The notes under the pieces: model-generated | Told to the model about the DNA's origin: nothing | Seen by the model: only the letters and a program-made list of their open reading frames with translations | Databases searched by the model: none | Position numbers and translations under genes: made by a program | Assembly: GCA_964016885.1 (NCBI GenBank) | Contig: OZ024742.1 | Location: forward strand, 277,636,001-277,700,000 | Reading direction: 5' to 3' | Source: Eledone cirrhosa | Taxonomy: Eukaryota | DNA: 64,000 nucleotides | Part shown: in pieces, positions 43,409-56,959 of the stretch | Layout of the letters: every line of letters begins with the position of its first letter | Numbering within the stretch: the first letter of the stretch is position 1

Positions 43409-44312
43409 TACATAAGTAAATTTGCCACCAATATCATAATATCTCAATGAAAAAAGATCGCTAAAATAAATCTAATTCAGAGAAGCAAATACATATAGAA
43501 CATCTTATACCAAATCACTGATGGGTAGATACCAGTATAGTAATCTAAAATAAGAACATTCAATAAGCTCTTTCCCTAGGCATAGAGTCTTAGTTAAGCA
43601 ACCTAAAGCTAGATGGCTACTCCTCAAATGTTGAGTTGATAGACAGTTTATATTAGCTGCTATTTCTAGCGGTAAATTAGACTCGTCACTTTGTCCGTAT
43701 TTACAAATATTTAGATTGTTAGTAGATCTACGCATGCGTGTAATATTTGACACCATGCTGGTTCAGCGTGGATGAACACCTTTCACTTAACAGGTTTATA
43801 TATTTTTTCTTATACCTTACAGAATCCTTCTGATGAAAGGTTTTCTGGCAGGATGGTTTGTCTTAATCTATTGGGATAGTCAGTTCTGTTTCTTGATCAT
43901 GGAAACTGCAGTAAGCCTTTTAGCTTTAAGTTGCTCAACTAAGACTATCTTCTGGGAAAGATGCTTCTGAAGCAGGGACCTCGTTTGCCTTGAAAATACG
44001 AGGGGGACAAACCAATATTTGTTGATTCTTAAAGAAGCATAAATTGCTTATGTTGCCTTTCCCGCACCCTATCACATAAGTAAAATTTTACGCTAATTAA
44101 ATTTGATATATTCAAATGAAGTTCAGATATAAGAAAATAAGCTCAAAAAGAATTTATTATATCAAATAAACAAAAAATAAAGTATAGACGTTTTAAAAAG
44201 TGGGGGGAAACTTGTCACCTACTACTCCATTGAAACAAGGCCCTTGTTCTGAAGTGTTCTTATTTTAGATTATTTTACTGGGATCTACTCGTCAGTGATT
44301 TTGTATATGATG

Positions 44313-44348
<36 letters not shown>

Positions 44349-44789
44349 GCATTGCATATGATTGAACAATATATATTGTAGTCAGCATATGTAGACAATT
44401 TATAATAGACACCGAAACATATGTCAAAGCAAAAAAATACATAATCTCTTCACGCCTACGTTTTATTTTTCTTGGTCAAAATTTGGCAGAATCGGACTGC
44501 TTTTTCTAGTAGCACGCAACCTGCCAATCTGTCTACCGTTCATCGCATATCACGTTATAGTTCTTCCATTTGAAACTTTCACTGATAACGAACAAGGAAG
44601 AATTTTTCTATCTTGAATTTTCTTCCTTGACTGAGAAAGTCTCCTGAATTTTTGAAGTTTCTCGCTATACTCTCTTCGGAGTATTGTTATTTTCTCAATG
44701 AAACTGCAGTAGGGACATTAAAGTAAGTAAGTACAGATTTTTTCTTATTTTGTTTGCTTTTCCAAGGTATGATTATATATAACAACAAA

Positions 44790-45005
44790 AAGGTGTGGTA
44801 AGATATCAGGTGGACCATAACGCACCAGGTATCTTACCACACCTAGCAACGAAATGGTATGCATGATATATTTTCAACTTGTCTCCTTATTTTTATGAAG
44901 AATTCAACCCCGATGAAGAAACTTGAATTCTTCTAATATTGGTTATTCCAATGTCTTGGAATTGCCGATATTGTATCTTGAGTTTCAGAAACCATGGTTG
45001 GGTAT
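44790..45005 (+). mobile_element. Older module: short inverted piece related to the 16024 family plus degenerate HHR (44907-45003)
   Basis: gtggtaag..caggtggaccataacgcacca shared with 16036; accc cgatga a gaaactt...gagtttc a GAAA ccatgg TT gggt. Confidence 0.55.
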
Positions 45006-46217
45006 TATATAAGTTAAAATTGATTGTTTTTAAAGCTGATTTGACTTGTATCCCGCCCCAAGTAAGATTTTGGCTTAAACTTAATATGTTTTAATACTTC
45101 TCTGAGTTTTATAATTAGTTTATTAATTTATTAATATATCTTGTCCTTTCATTGAGATGCCTACCTATTAGAGACAGTTAACTTTAAAGAAGTATGAATA
45201 AAAAATTAGTGTACACACACACTCACATATACACACACACTCACGCGCGCACACATACACCCCCCCCTCTCTCTCTCTCTCTCACACAGACACACACACA
45301 CTCACTTATATATGCACAATCGAGGAAAATGGAGGTTTCAATGTTTCACAGTGGTCATTGGTTTCGTCGCTTTTGGGAATCCTCGAACACACACAAACAC
45401 ATATACGAACACACACACACATACACACACATATTTATACATCATACACCACATCACTTAACACCAAACATTTATTTTGCATCCACCACTTTATGAAACC
45501 AACTGCATTCAACACCACAACAGTGGATATTCGTCCAGGCCTGCTTGCATATTAACAGTTAAAGAAAACAACACACACACGCACTCACACATACATACAC
45601 AAACACGCGCATAACACATACACATACTGTATGCGAAGAGAAACGGACATGTTTGGATGCTCATATACACAGACGCTCATACACACATATGCATACATGC
45701 ACATACACGCACACGCATTTCAACATACATATGCACATATTCAAACACATACACACTTGCGCACAACCACACAAGCATTAACATATATACCCACATAAGC
45801 ATTAAAATATATACCCACATAAATTAACACACGCACACACGCAGATACATTGATACACACATATTCACACACACACTCACACAGATACATTGTACGCACA
45901 CACATTCATCCATTAATATATCTATCGACTTATGAGTTTCTGAAAACAATGTATAATGGCATTTCAGTTATTTTCGGTTATTTTCGGCTATTTTCGGCTA
46001 TTTTCGTTCATGTTCATTTTTCAAAATATTTATTTGTAAATTGTTATTTTTTCGTTTGTGTTTTTCCTTTTATATATACATACACACACACATATATATA
46101 TTAGCTTTCTTTTTGATCATTGTAGTTACACACACAAACACACACACATAAATGTATACACACACATGTAAACATATGTATATATTTATATATTTATATA
46201 TACACATATATACATAC

Positions 46218-46311
<94 letters not shown>

Positions 46312-46788
46312 ATATACATACATATTTTCGATATATTGTTCCTTCCACGTGATTTATAGTCTAATAGAATTTCTCCCCACTCTCTTCAACCAATTATCTT
46401 TCATGGTTTGTTTCATTTATATATTTATCCATATACGTATTTAGTTTTATATTTTTGTATTTTATTTTTTACTTTTTATTGGCGAATAGGTTACGCCCTA
46501 CACGAATGCTGATTGGATATAAATGTTGCGTGTATAGGGCAGAAAAGAAACCAACTATATTTTTACCCAACGTAAATTATGTGAAGAATTATGTGAACCA
46601 ACTATTTTATCCACGGTTAATTTACAATGGCAAATATCTACTATGGCAGGCATAGTTGCGTGACTGAAAGTTTGCTTCACTTCTCTTCAAATAGTTTTCA
46701 GGTTAAAGTCCTATTATGTATCACTTTTGAAAAAATTTTACCTTTTACTATTATCCTCAAGTTGACCAATGGATGCTTTGCGAGTGAA

Positions 46789-46824
<36 letters not shown>

Positions 46825-46851
46825 GTAGATAAATCTACCAAGAGTTTACGG

Positions 46852-46886
<35 letters not shown>

Positions 46887-47029
46887 TTCACTCGCAATAT
46901 ATATGTCTGATGATAGCTAATATGCTTCCATAGGCGGTATGCTGGTTGAGCACTCTATGCTCTTACAGAGCAGAGTATGATAGAATAGAAAATGAAAAAT
47001 CAGTGATGCATCTGAACTCAATTTATTGT

Positions 47030-47117
47030 GTGTTACAATTGTTTCGCCGGCGGACAGCTCGAGACGCGATCATTGTGTAGATCTGTCTGATTCTGGATCC
47101 GCAGGTTCGACGGACAC
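47030..47117 (-). ncRNA. Variant hammerhead-like fold (CCGUCGA core)
   Basis: gtgt CCGTCGA acctgcgga...tccgccggc GAAA caattg TA acac, then AATAAA. Confidence 0.55.
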
Positions 47118-47137
47118 GTCTAATGATTTTCATTTTC

Positions 47138-47251
<114 letters not shown>

Positions 47252-47254
47252 TAT

Positions 47255-47768
47255 GTCAGGTTGCTCTTGAGAGTTATTGGTAACATGTAACCCAGTACAA
47301 CCTGCCTCATATTCGGGTCGTCGGCGACTAAACAGGCAACCTCACCAAGCTTGCTTACTGAGGAGGGTGATATTTGGGCACCCTGCGAAATGAAATGCAA
47401 GACCCGGCAAAGGGCGGGGGAACTCAGCAGAGTCAATGGCCATCCAAACAGTACTTCCCCCTCCCCTGGGAGTGAAAGGCCCCCAGTTGTCACAATACCT
47501 TTCTAAGAGAGGGAAACTTTGAAAAAAAGCAAAAAACCTGCAGCTTCGGAAGCATCTGATGATTTTGACCAGTTCTATTCAGGTAGTGTTTTCGATGCTC
47601 AGAGAGTGGGTCGAGTCTAAGGCCTTTCCCCACTTAAAAAACCTTCAAAGCATAGGCATTGCTTTTTCAGGATCTGTTACAGGATCGCGTGGCAGGCCGT
47701 AGCCTAAAAGTGCACAATTTTCTGTAATTTGACTGCAATACGCTTAGCAGAGTTTGTAGCCATCATAT
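47255..47768 (+). mobile_element. Diverged relative of the RTE-derived non-autonomous family
   Basis: ggtaacatgtaacccagtacaacctg...ggcgactaaac...gaggagggtga...gagtcaatggccatccaaa shared with 33586-34172. Confidence 0.7.
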
Positions 47769-47845
47769 ACATATAGTGATACTCATGCTAGGTCTGTCAA
47801 CTTCTTATTATATATATATACCAATACTGCTAATCCACCTCCATA

Positions 47846-48033
47846 AGGGCGGTGGATTGACAGTATCGGTAGAGGGTCGGACGCCATGCTTTTCAGCAAA
47901 AAGTTACGGCCCTTTATGGTCTGTGTTCAAATGCCCTCGAGGTTAACTTTGCCTCTCATCCTTACGATGTCGATAAAATAAAGTACCAGTAATACACTGG
48001 GATAATTGCTGGCCTTGTGCCAAAAATAGAAAC

Positions 48034-48037
<4 letters not shown>
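47846..48037 (+). mobile_element. tRNA-derived SINE (main family)
   Basis: Same core. Confidence 0.9.
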
Positions 48038-48079
<42 letters not shown>

Positions 48080-48199
48080 GTATATATATAGGTATACTAG
48101 CAATCGGTTTCTGTTACTCGGGTTTATGAGTCAAAGTGACGTAGATCGATATGCAGGGGTAAATTATTTACCATAATTGAATCCGCTTTCTAGATGCAG

Positions 48200-49935
48200 T
48201 AGCTTCACATCTATTTTGTAGTGGGCACTTATCCGGTAAGTGACATTTACATTTTGAGGCCTTCCTGTGTGCCGGTTCATCGATGCGGTTTTGTATGTTG
48301 TTATGTATGGGCTGAGATTTGGGTTTGTTGATGTTTTGTTGTGATGCGTTCTGACGTGTGTGTGGTTGCGATATTGTTATGTGTTTGAGTTTTGTATTTG
48401 GTGTTATGCTGCTTGCTTGTAGGTTATTTTCTTTAGAGATTCTACAACATAGATGCCTGGAGTCAAATATAGTGTACCTGTGTACTATAAATTCAGGCAA
48501 CTTAGCATGGCACTACATAGGTTCTACGGCAGGGGAGTTAAAAAAAAGATGGTACGTCCACAGACAATCTATAAAGAACCGTAGACTAATGAACACAACA
48601 ACGCTCGCCAATAAAATCTGGCAGCTTAAAAATACAAACCTGGAATACGGGATTAGCTGGTCGAAACTGTCAGGGGCAAAGACCTACAGAAATGGAATGT
48701 CCCACAACGGAATTTGCAATATGGAGTTACTCAATATTTTAAAATATGACAAAATGCTGCTTAACACCAAAATAGAACGGTCAATTTTCTGTAGGCATAA
48801 AGCAGCTACTAAATTCGCTAATTTCAAACCAACTTGATTCGACCCAACAATTCCATAATTCAAACTGTACCACCTGAGTCTATTATAATAACCCATTGGC
48901 AGTATCGGTAGAGGGTTGGACGCCATGCTTTCTAGCATAGAGTTACGTCCCTTTATGATCTGAGTTCAAATCCCGCCGAGGTTAACTTTGCCTTTCATCC
49001 TTACGGGGTCGATAAAATAAAGTACCAGTAATGTGCTGGGTAATTGCTGGCCTTGTGCCTAAAGTAGAAACAATTATTATTAACTGTCAATAAATCAACT
49101 AATCACTAAATCAACATCATAACCTCCCAACTTTTCTTTCTTTCACTCTCTTTCCCTAAAACTATTTGACCTCTTCCATTATATCCTATCGTGTTCTCTT
49201 CACTTCTAACATAACTTCCAATTTATTAACTTATTAACTTACCTTTTATTTAGCACTGTACTATTTTTTCATAATATAATTTAACCAATATATGTATATA
49301 TTTAATATTTTCATGTTTATACCATCACATCTTTATATTTTAACCACCACAACTATTTTCAACAATCATATTATGTTCACTTTTCTTCACACACATATAA
49401 CATTTTTTTACTTATTTTTTATCGTCTTTATTCTAACTTATTTATTATTATTTATTTATTATTTTTTCTTTATCTTTTTTCTTTTTCTTTTTTCTTCTTT
49501 TTTCTTTCCCTCTCTCTCCTTTTCTTTTTTTCTTTTTCTTTCTTTATTACTGATGTTGTGATTTGAATTTTCCTAGTATATTACAAACGCCGTGTATAAT
49601 TTTAATCAGTTTTTCCGATGATTTAATTAAGCATACATTGTATTTAAAATTGAGTCACACAGCTTCAAGTGATTAGCAATTTTTAGACAACTTAATCAAT
49701 GAAACAATTGTTAATACTGTAAATAAAACCATTTTTGTACTGTTGACCATGTTATTCGTCACTCTTTCACTATTATTACTCCAAGATTAACCTGCATAGG
49801 AATTCCCGAGAACTCGCAAACTGGCTACCTAAGGAAACCTCGTTGTTGAGTCAAACAACGTCGTACGCTAAAACTATCCACAATACGGAGTATTCAAACC
49901 TCTAACTGGATTACCTATAACGATAATTTGTTATC
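48200..49935 (+). mobile_element. 5'-inverted, truncated PLE (GIY-YIG) with SINE at 48895-49080 and HHR-like motif at 49607-49719
   Basis: Minus: CKCHLPDKCPLQNRC; plus: CLESNIVYLC...HYIGST..KKRWYVH; cagttttt CCGATGA...GAAA caattg TT aatactg. Confidence 0.85.
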
Positions 49936-49973
49936 CCATATATGTATGTATGTATGTATGTATGTGTGTATGT

Positions 49974-50009
<36 letters not shown>

Positions 50010-50979
50010 ATGTGTTTGTATGATGGATTCTCTCATCGATTTCGGTGTATGAGGATCCACACAACTTATTCAGTTTGTATGTTTATCTCGAGTATGGCAT
50101 TTTATACCTGCCTACAATTTGCAAGCAAGTCCACAGATCATGCAAGGGTGAGGATTACTGGACAATGTTGCTGGTATGTTTGATAATGCTTTTGTCCCCC
50201 CTCCTGGTTCTTGTAGCTGATGGATACAACCTTATTCAAAGTTCCTGATACCATTATATATAAGATCCGTATATTTTTATGTCTCGTAATTTTGCGGTTC
50301 TACTATAAGAGATCGATAATATGAGTACTAGACATGAGAAAAATAAATATTGGGATCGATATGATTGACATGGTCGACATGATCAACTAAATTCCTTTTA
50401 AAAGAGAAGAAAAGAAAACATATACATACAAAACAGAAATATGTAGTTTGAAAGGGTTTTGACAGCTACTACCAACATATCAAGCGACGTACGGAATCAC
50501 AATAGTATATTAGTTATACTAACTTAAACTATATATAAAGATATTAATTACAGCCTTTTTATATTATTAAAATATCAATAGGAATAGAAGTACAGATAGA
50601 AATAGAGCCAAACAATTATGAGTATACCCCTCGAAAAAATCTAAATGGATTTTCTCGAAACCGGTACATTATTTTCTCTTTAGCAAACACCTAATGCAAA
50701 TTTAAGGCCGAAAAAATAATAGCAAAATTAATCTTTTATATGATTTTAAGAATCGAACCCGATATCCTTGAATTTAATTTATGCAAACTCATATGGAGAA
50801 GTTAAGCACGTAAACCTATAGTGAAATTAAACTTCGAGATTTACAATATTGCGGGAGCAAACATGAGTAGAATCATCAAAAGCTATAGGAAAGCAGCAGA
50901 GAGGGCACCCAGATGGTAACAGCCGAAAAGAGCGACCTATTGTTGCAAGTAATGTGTATGAAGCTTGATCAAACTCAGT

Positions 50980-51033
50980 TGGGTCACCTTGAGAAGGGTG
51001 TATGTTGTAAGGCCCGAAAAACCCAGTGACTCA
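50980..51033 (+). ncRNA. HHR-like motif with CTTGAGAA core, stem III decayed
   Basis: tgggtcac CTTGAGAA gggt...gccc GAAA aaccca gtgactca. Confidence 0.45.
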
Positions 51034-51199
51034 GTGATGATGTCCAAGGCTTTTTATCAGTGGATGTATGAAGAACCTAAAAACATCCATTAGGTTATCC
51101 ATTAAGCTCGATCGTCAGAGTTTGGGATTAAATTGTTGGCGATATTTCTGAATTCGACTCCCAGAGTTCGCTTCTACACGCATGAAGAAGACTAACATG

Positions 51200-51720
51200 A
51201 AAATCTTTTGGGAAGAATTTTCAGAAAAAATTTGATAAAATCTTTGCTAATCTTTTGAGAAAAATTTGGATTAAATATTTTATGAAATTTGAAAAGAAAT
51301 TTTTAGGATAATTATTCCTCGAACTTTTTGAAGAAAAATTTTAATGGAAGTTTGGGAAAAGTTTGAAAAAATGTCGAGGAAATTTTTGGGAAAATATTTG
51401 AAAAATCTATTGAAAATATTTGAAAAATCTATTTAAAAAATTTTAAATGAATTTTTAATGAAAATTTTTTTGTAAAATTTTAATGAAAATTTTGGATTTT
51501 TTAATGAAGTTTTTACAGTTATTTTACAGTTATTGAAATTTTTACAGTTATTTTACAGTTATTGAAATTTTTAAATGTAAATTTTTGAAAAAGTTTTGAT
51601 GAAATATTTAAAAAAAATAACAATGAGATTTTTGGAAAATGTTTGATGAAAGTTTTGTGAAAACTTTGATGAAGTTTGGGGAAATTTCTTTGTGAATGTC
51701 TTGGGAAAAGTATATTATGA
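51200..51720. repeat. Degenerate A/T-run low-complexity tract (gaaaaatttt-like units)
   Basis: Direct read. Confidence 0.7.
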
Positions 51721-51959
51721 AATTACTGAACCTACAAAACACCAGTTTAATATATATGCTATATTGTAAATATTATATAGAAAATCGTGGTGTCACTTAT
51801 CTTCCAGTATGACTTACTCACGAATATATGCAATAATTGCTATATAGATGTGAGGTAATTGAATAGATCGTGTGTTGTGAGTTCAAATATGCTGCTGATG
51901 TAAGAACAACACTGATTTGATTAATTTTTTATATCACTCTTTGCAGATAATAGTATTGT

Positions 51960-53110
51960 TGGTTAAACACATTTCCAGCAAGTGAAACACTGTTTCACTC
52001 CATTTTCTATACCAAATTTTGAAAAAGATCACTCGTCATAAGACGAATCTTGAAAAAGATCACTCTTGGCATAAAGTTATTGATAGACCTGCTCCAGTCA
52101 CTGGACAACAGACATTTCGTCTTTTTTTTTTATCTTCGAAATTCAGTGTGTAATAAAAGCTACTCAACTCCATCTTTATTGTCGTGGTAAAGCTGCCAAT
52201 ACATATACGGGTATTCAAAGGACGGGCTTTTATTTTATATATTGCTTCGATTACAATTTGCAAAATTTCATGCAATCAACCACTGATATGCTTTTCAGTC
52301 ATATGTTGACGATGTATAATGCACTATATAGTAAAAATATTCGTAACCGCTTTATCTAAAATGTGATAAAATCCGAAATGATGACCAATTATTGAAGGCA
52401 TTCCACCAGTTCCACATACAATGACGTTTGTAAGAGGAGTATTTCTTTCCTTGAAAAATGATTCAAGTGCCTTGAAAATTGTTGAACCTTTGGTGTCAAT
52501 TTTCAGTAGTTCAGCAAACAATAATTCCCCAATAATGCTCTGGTTTGTATTTAAAGCGCTAAAATGATCCAATAATAGAGCTTCAATGTCACTGATTTGT
52601 AACCAAAGTTAAGTTGTTTTCAAGCCATCGCTTAGTTTTGTTTCAAAACCATTACCCATTTCATCAATTCTAGCTGATACTAAACTGTTACTAAGTGTAA
52701 ATAATAGAAATATATCAATTGTATCCATCACAGTATTACACATTTCATCCACAGCAGACAGAAAAATGAACGTTTCTTCAATAGTAAGAGGCGTTTCATA
52801 TTTAGCCATAAGCTTTGAAATTTTGTATGATGTAATTATCCCTTCTCAGTTTGGTTTCCTGTTTTTTTAAACAGTCATTTGAGTGCAGATAGATTTTGAA
52901 ATTTCTGTTTTAAATCACGGAAAGTGTTTATAACATTGCTTTGACTGGGCGCATTATTTTAAAGTTATCATTCTTGAAAGTTTCATTTCTTCATTTGAGA
53001 AAGTCTTCTCACATATTAAACAGATGGTTTATTATTAACCTATGGAATAACGCCATATTTCAAGTGTTCATTTGAATATTCATGACTTTCTTTTTTGCTC
53101 GCTCATTCTA
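51960..53110 (-). mobile_element. Decayed hAT (Buster/SCAND3-like) transposase
   Basis: CLICEKTFSNE.MK, LSNSLVSARIDEM, CGTGGMPSIIG, CIIHRQH, IKARPLNTR. Confidence 0.85.
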
Positions 53111-53179
53111 ACAGAAAGCGTCGTTTCTTGATTACAATTATTTACATAAATATATACATACATACCAGGTCCAAACACA

Positions 53180-53585
53180 ATGGAACGAAACTACACTGTC
53201 GCTGCTTCCGTCTTTTCCACTCTCCCCATCTCTCACTATTATGAGCAAATAGGGTTCAGGTGCTGTTCGCCCCGTTGGTCCGGCGGACAGAATAGAGAAG
53301 GCGTTTCCCCGGAGGATGGTGAGGGAGACGCACTGGAAGAGCCATCCCAGCTCACGAGGCTCACATCTGTGGGTAGCCAACTCTGTGGTGAGTAGGAAGG
53401 TGGCTCTACGGCCAAGGAAACCATAAGTCTCCACTGCTGCAGACTCGACCGCAAACCCGTCGGTGAGAGACCGATAATTGGAGAGTTTACCCTCCTCGGC
53501 CTGATGTACAGCAGAGCCTGGGTTAGCCACAGACTGCACCAGGTTGCCGCTGGAGAATGTGTCGCTGCATGTGGCATCCCTGGGA
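53180..53585 (-). mobile_element. CRE-clade non-LTR 3' fragment (restriction-like endonuclease)
   Basis: DATCSDTF, AAVETYGFLG, LFQCVSLTILRGNAFSIL. Confidence 0.8.
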
Positions 53586-53696
53586 TACAAACAACAATTG
53601 TCTGAACTACTAAAGATCTGAAAAGAAATAAACTCCATTCAATTCTTCATTTTCTGTGTGTATGAAATTGTTTTGGTTTGTTTATTTTGAACGATA

Positions 53697-54453
53697 TATA
53701 AGGTCTGTGAATAAAGTATCAGACTTATATTGTCCCCCCTGAAAGTAATGGCATTAAGCATGACTTTTGGTGAGCTCGCTGGATGCATCAGTCACTCACA
53801 GGTAGTGAGCGTGTGATGTGCTGTAGTACTTACACCTCGCATTTCCATTTCATCCGATACTGCGAAAAGGGCTCTGGGTTCTTGAATACCGTAATAATCG
53901 GAGATGAGACGTGGCTGTTCAAGTACAATCTGGAAACCAAAGCCTAATCATCACAGTTTTAGCATCCAGCATCACTAAGGCATCCAAAATCATGTCAGGT
54001 GTGGAGGAAAACGAAGGTGATTCTCACTGTTTTCTTCGACTACCGAGGTGTTGTACATCACGAACACGCCCTAAGAAGACAACACGTTACAAAGCTGTAT
54101 TATCAGTTTGGTGCTAGAGACCGAAGCTGTGGACATCATAAAACTGGTATATGCATTATAACAATGTCTGGACTCATTTGTCGCAGTTGATCCAAGATTT
54201 CTTGGCAAAGAAAGGCACTTCGCTCATTTGTCAAGTTCCCTACTCTGCAGACATAGCTCCTTCTGAGATGACATCATGCCGACAGCAATGGCGGAGCTAA
54301 AGGCCATTTTCAAAGAAGTATTACAGATATGCTACGAACTGGGGAAGATCGCTGAGCTAAGTCTATCGAGACACAAATGCCTATTTGGAAGGATATTGGA
54401 CTCACCAAGTTCATACTTCTTTCCTGTTGGATACTTTTTTGACAGAACTCGTA
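53697..54453 (+). mobile_element. Internally deleted mariner relic
   Basis: IIGDETWLFKYNLET, ILTVFFDYRGVVHHE, PYSADIAP; imperfect TIRs. Confidence 0.85.
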
Positions 54454-54539
54454 GTAATGCTTTGGAATGTTTTGACGTGGTTTTATCTGTAATGGAATCA
54501 GCAGAAGCAGAAAAAAAATTATGATAGCAATCGTAGCTT

Positions 54540-54744
54540 TATTAGCAGTAGTAATAGTGGTTATTGTAGCTCAACTAGCAGTAACATTATTTGTAGTAGT
54601 AGTAGTAGTTATAGTAGTACCTGTAATAGTAGTAATAGTAGCTGTACAGGCAGTAACATAAGTAGCATCAGTAGTAGTGAGGTAATAGCAGTAGCAGTAG
54701 CAGTAGTAGACGTACTGTTAGTAGTAGTAGTAGTAGTAGTAGTG

Positions 54745-54780
<36 letters not shown>

Positions 54781-55460
54781 ATTGTGTTACCAATATCTTT
54801 ATTGATCTTGTTGTTGTTGCTGTTCATATCTTAGAAATATTGCTTCAGTCTTTATAGAAAGGAAAAAAAGGAGAAACAAGTGAAGAAGGAAAATGAAAGA
54901 AATGAGAAAAAGAAAGAAAAGAAGAACGCCATAGAAATAAATAACGACGGAGCTATATATATATATATATACATATACAAATGAAATTCCAGAGAGAGAA
55001 AAAAGAGAAAGAAAAAAGAAAATGAGACAATAAAATAACAACTACAACATCAGCCACAACCACAATAACAACAACAACAACAGCAGCAGTAACAACAACA
55101 ACAACAGCAACAACAGCAACAGCCACAACAACAACAACAGCAACAGCCACAACAACAACACCAACAGCCACAACAAAAATAACAGTAGCAACAAAAACAA
55201 CAGCAACAACTATAACAACAACATCAGCCATAACAACAACAACAACAACAACAGCAACAACAACAATAACAACAACAACAACAGCAAGAGTAACACCCAA
55301 AACGACGAAAGCAATAAATACAACGTCAGCAACAACCACAAGAGTAATAATAATAATAAAAAAAATACGACGACGACCACCACAACATCAAAAACACCGT
55401 CAACAGAAACCACAACAACCGCAACAACAGCAGCAAAACAACAACATCAGAAAAGTAGCA
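54540..55460. repeat. (TAG)n and (CAA/CAG)n tracts
   Basis: Direct read. Confidence 0.9.
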
Positions 55461-56414
55461 GTAATTTAAATAGAAAAAGTTCACTATTTAGCTTGACGTC
55501 ACTAAATTTCGTTGCCGTTAAAAAGTTATGCAAGCTACTTCCGTCAACCATTTTCTATACCGGATGCTCATCACTCAACTTAAATCTTGCCTGTGCCATT
55601 CAATCTCCTTTACATAATGTATAAACCTCTTAACATATGACTTAAGTAGTTTTCTTCCACTAATATCCTTTGTTTGTTTTTTATTCTTTCTTTCTTTCAT
55701 TCTTTTATTCACTAATATATTTCTTTCATTCTACACTCTTTTGCAAGCATTAGGTCCGGGCTTCCACCAGTCTGGAATAAATTCCTGCCCTTCTCTCCCT
55801 GACTATAGACCTGTCAACTCTCTATGTCCGACAGGGAGATCTCCCACCAACTTTTGGGTTGGTGAGAAGTGTCTTCTCTTGTGAAAATGGGTATAGTTTT
55901 CATTATGTAAAATCTTCCCATTTTGTCTCATTTCTCCCCGTTTTGGGGCACTTTTTTTCATAGGACTCCCCGTCTGTGATTTTAGAGATTGGCAGGTCTG
56001 TGACGATGTGATAAAACTGTTTGCCGGTATTAAATTCATCTTTGAATCATAATTAGGATCGTCGCCCTATTCTATCAAATTGAATAATTTTAACTTTCAG
56101 TTTGGTAAGCTGGCAAACAAATTTTCATTCTTCTTTTTTTCTGACCACGCTAAGAAAATAACTAAATTTCCATTTTCCATTACACAGTTCACAATTATCC
56201 ACATCAAAATTTTGTTACAGGTCATAACATCTTACGACCTTTACCTCTGCTATTCGGACAAAAATATTTAATAACATTTATTGACCACGAGAAATTACAC
56301 CTAATTTAATTATACAAATTTGTATAGGACTGTTTCCATTAATTCTTTTTGAGGCGTGCTCCCTAGGTGATTACCTAGTTGCCCTTAATTGTAGCGCCGG
56401 CTCTGAACCTAATA

Positions 56415-56772
56415 TTGGTTTCTAACATTGGCACAATGCCACAAATTATGAGAGAAGAATGTTATATTCGATGAAATAAAGCGCAAATACTTGGTATATA
56501 CCCTGGCATCTTATCGAACCTTTAATGATAGATGAAAGTTAAAGTTGACCTCGGCTGGTTTTGAACTCAGAATTTAAAGGTCCGTAACTAAATACATTTT
56601 TTCCGACAATCTATCCATTTTAATACTAATTTCTAACATCGGAAGAGGCCAGAATTTTTAAAGGAGTGGCATAGTCGAATATATTGACTTCAGTACTTGA
56701 CAGATAATTTATTTTGTTGACCATGCAAGGATGAGATACAATTTTACTTAAGCGGGATTTGAACACAGAAGC
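56415..56772 (-). mobile_element. Two old SINE copies (main family)
   Basis: ttgaactcaga, aaagttgacctcggc, ggcacaa remnants. Confidence 0.6.
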
Positions 56773-56778
56773 ATTGAA

Positions 56779-56815
<37 letters not shown>

Positions 56816-56959
56816 AAGCAATTTCGTTAAAATGAAACATTGTGAGATATGTAATAAGTGATAAGACCTTCAGAAAGCCGGTACAATGCAGACATAAATA
56901 TATAAAACTAGTCCCAAACGTAAGGATACTGATAATGTATGTAAATGCATATTAGACGT

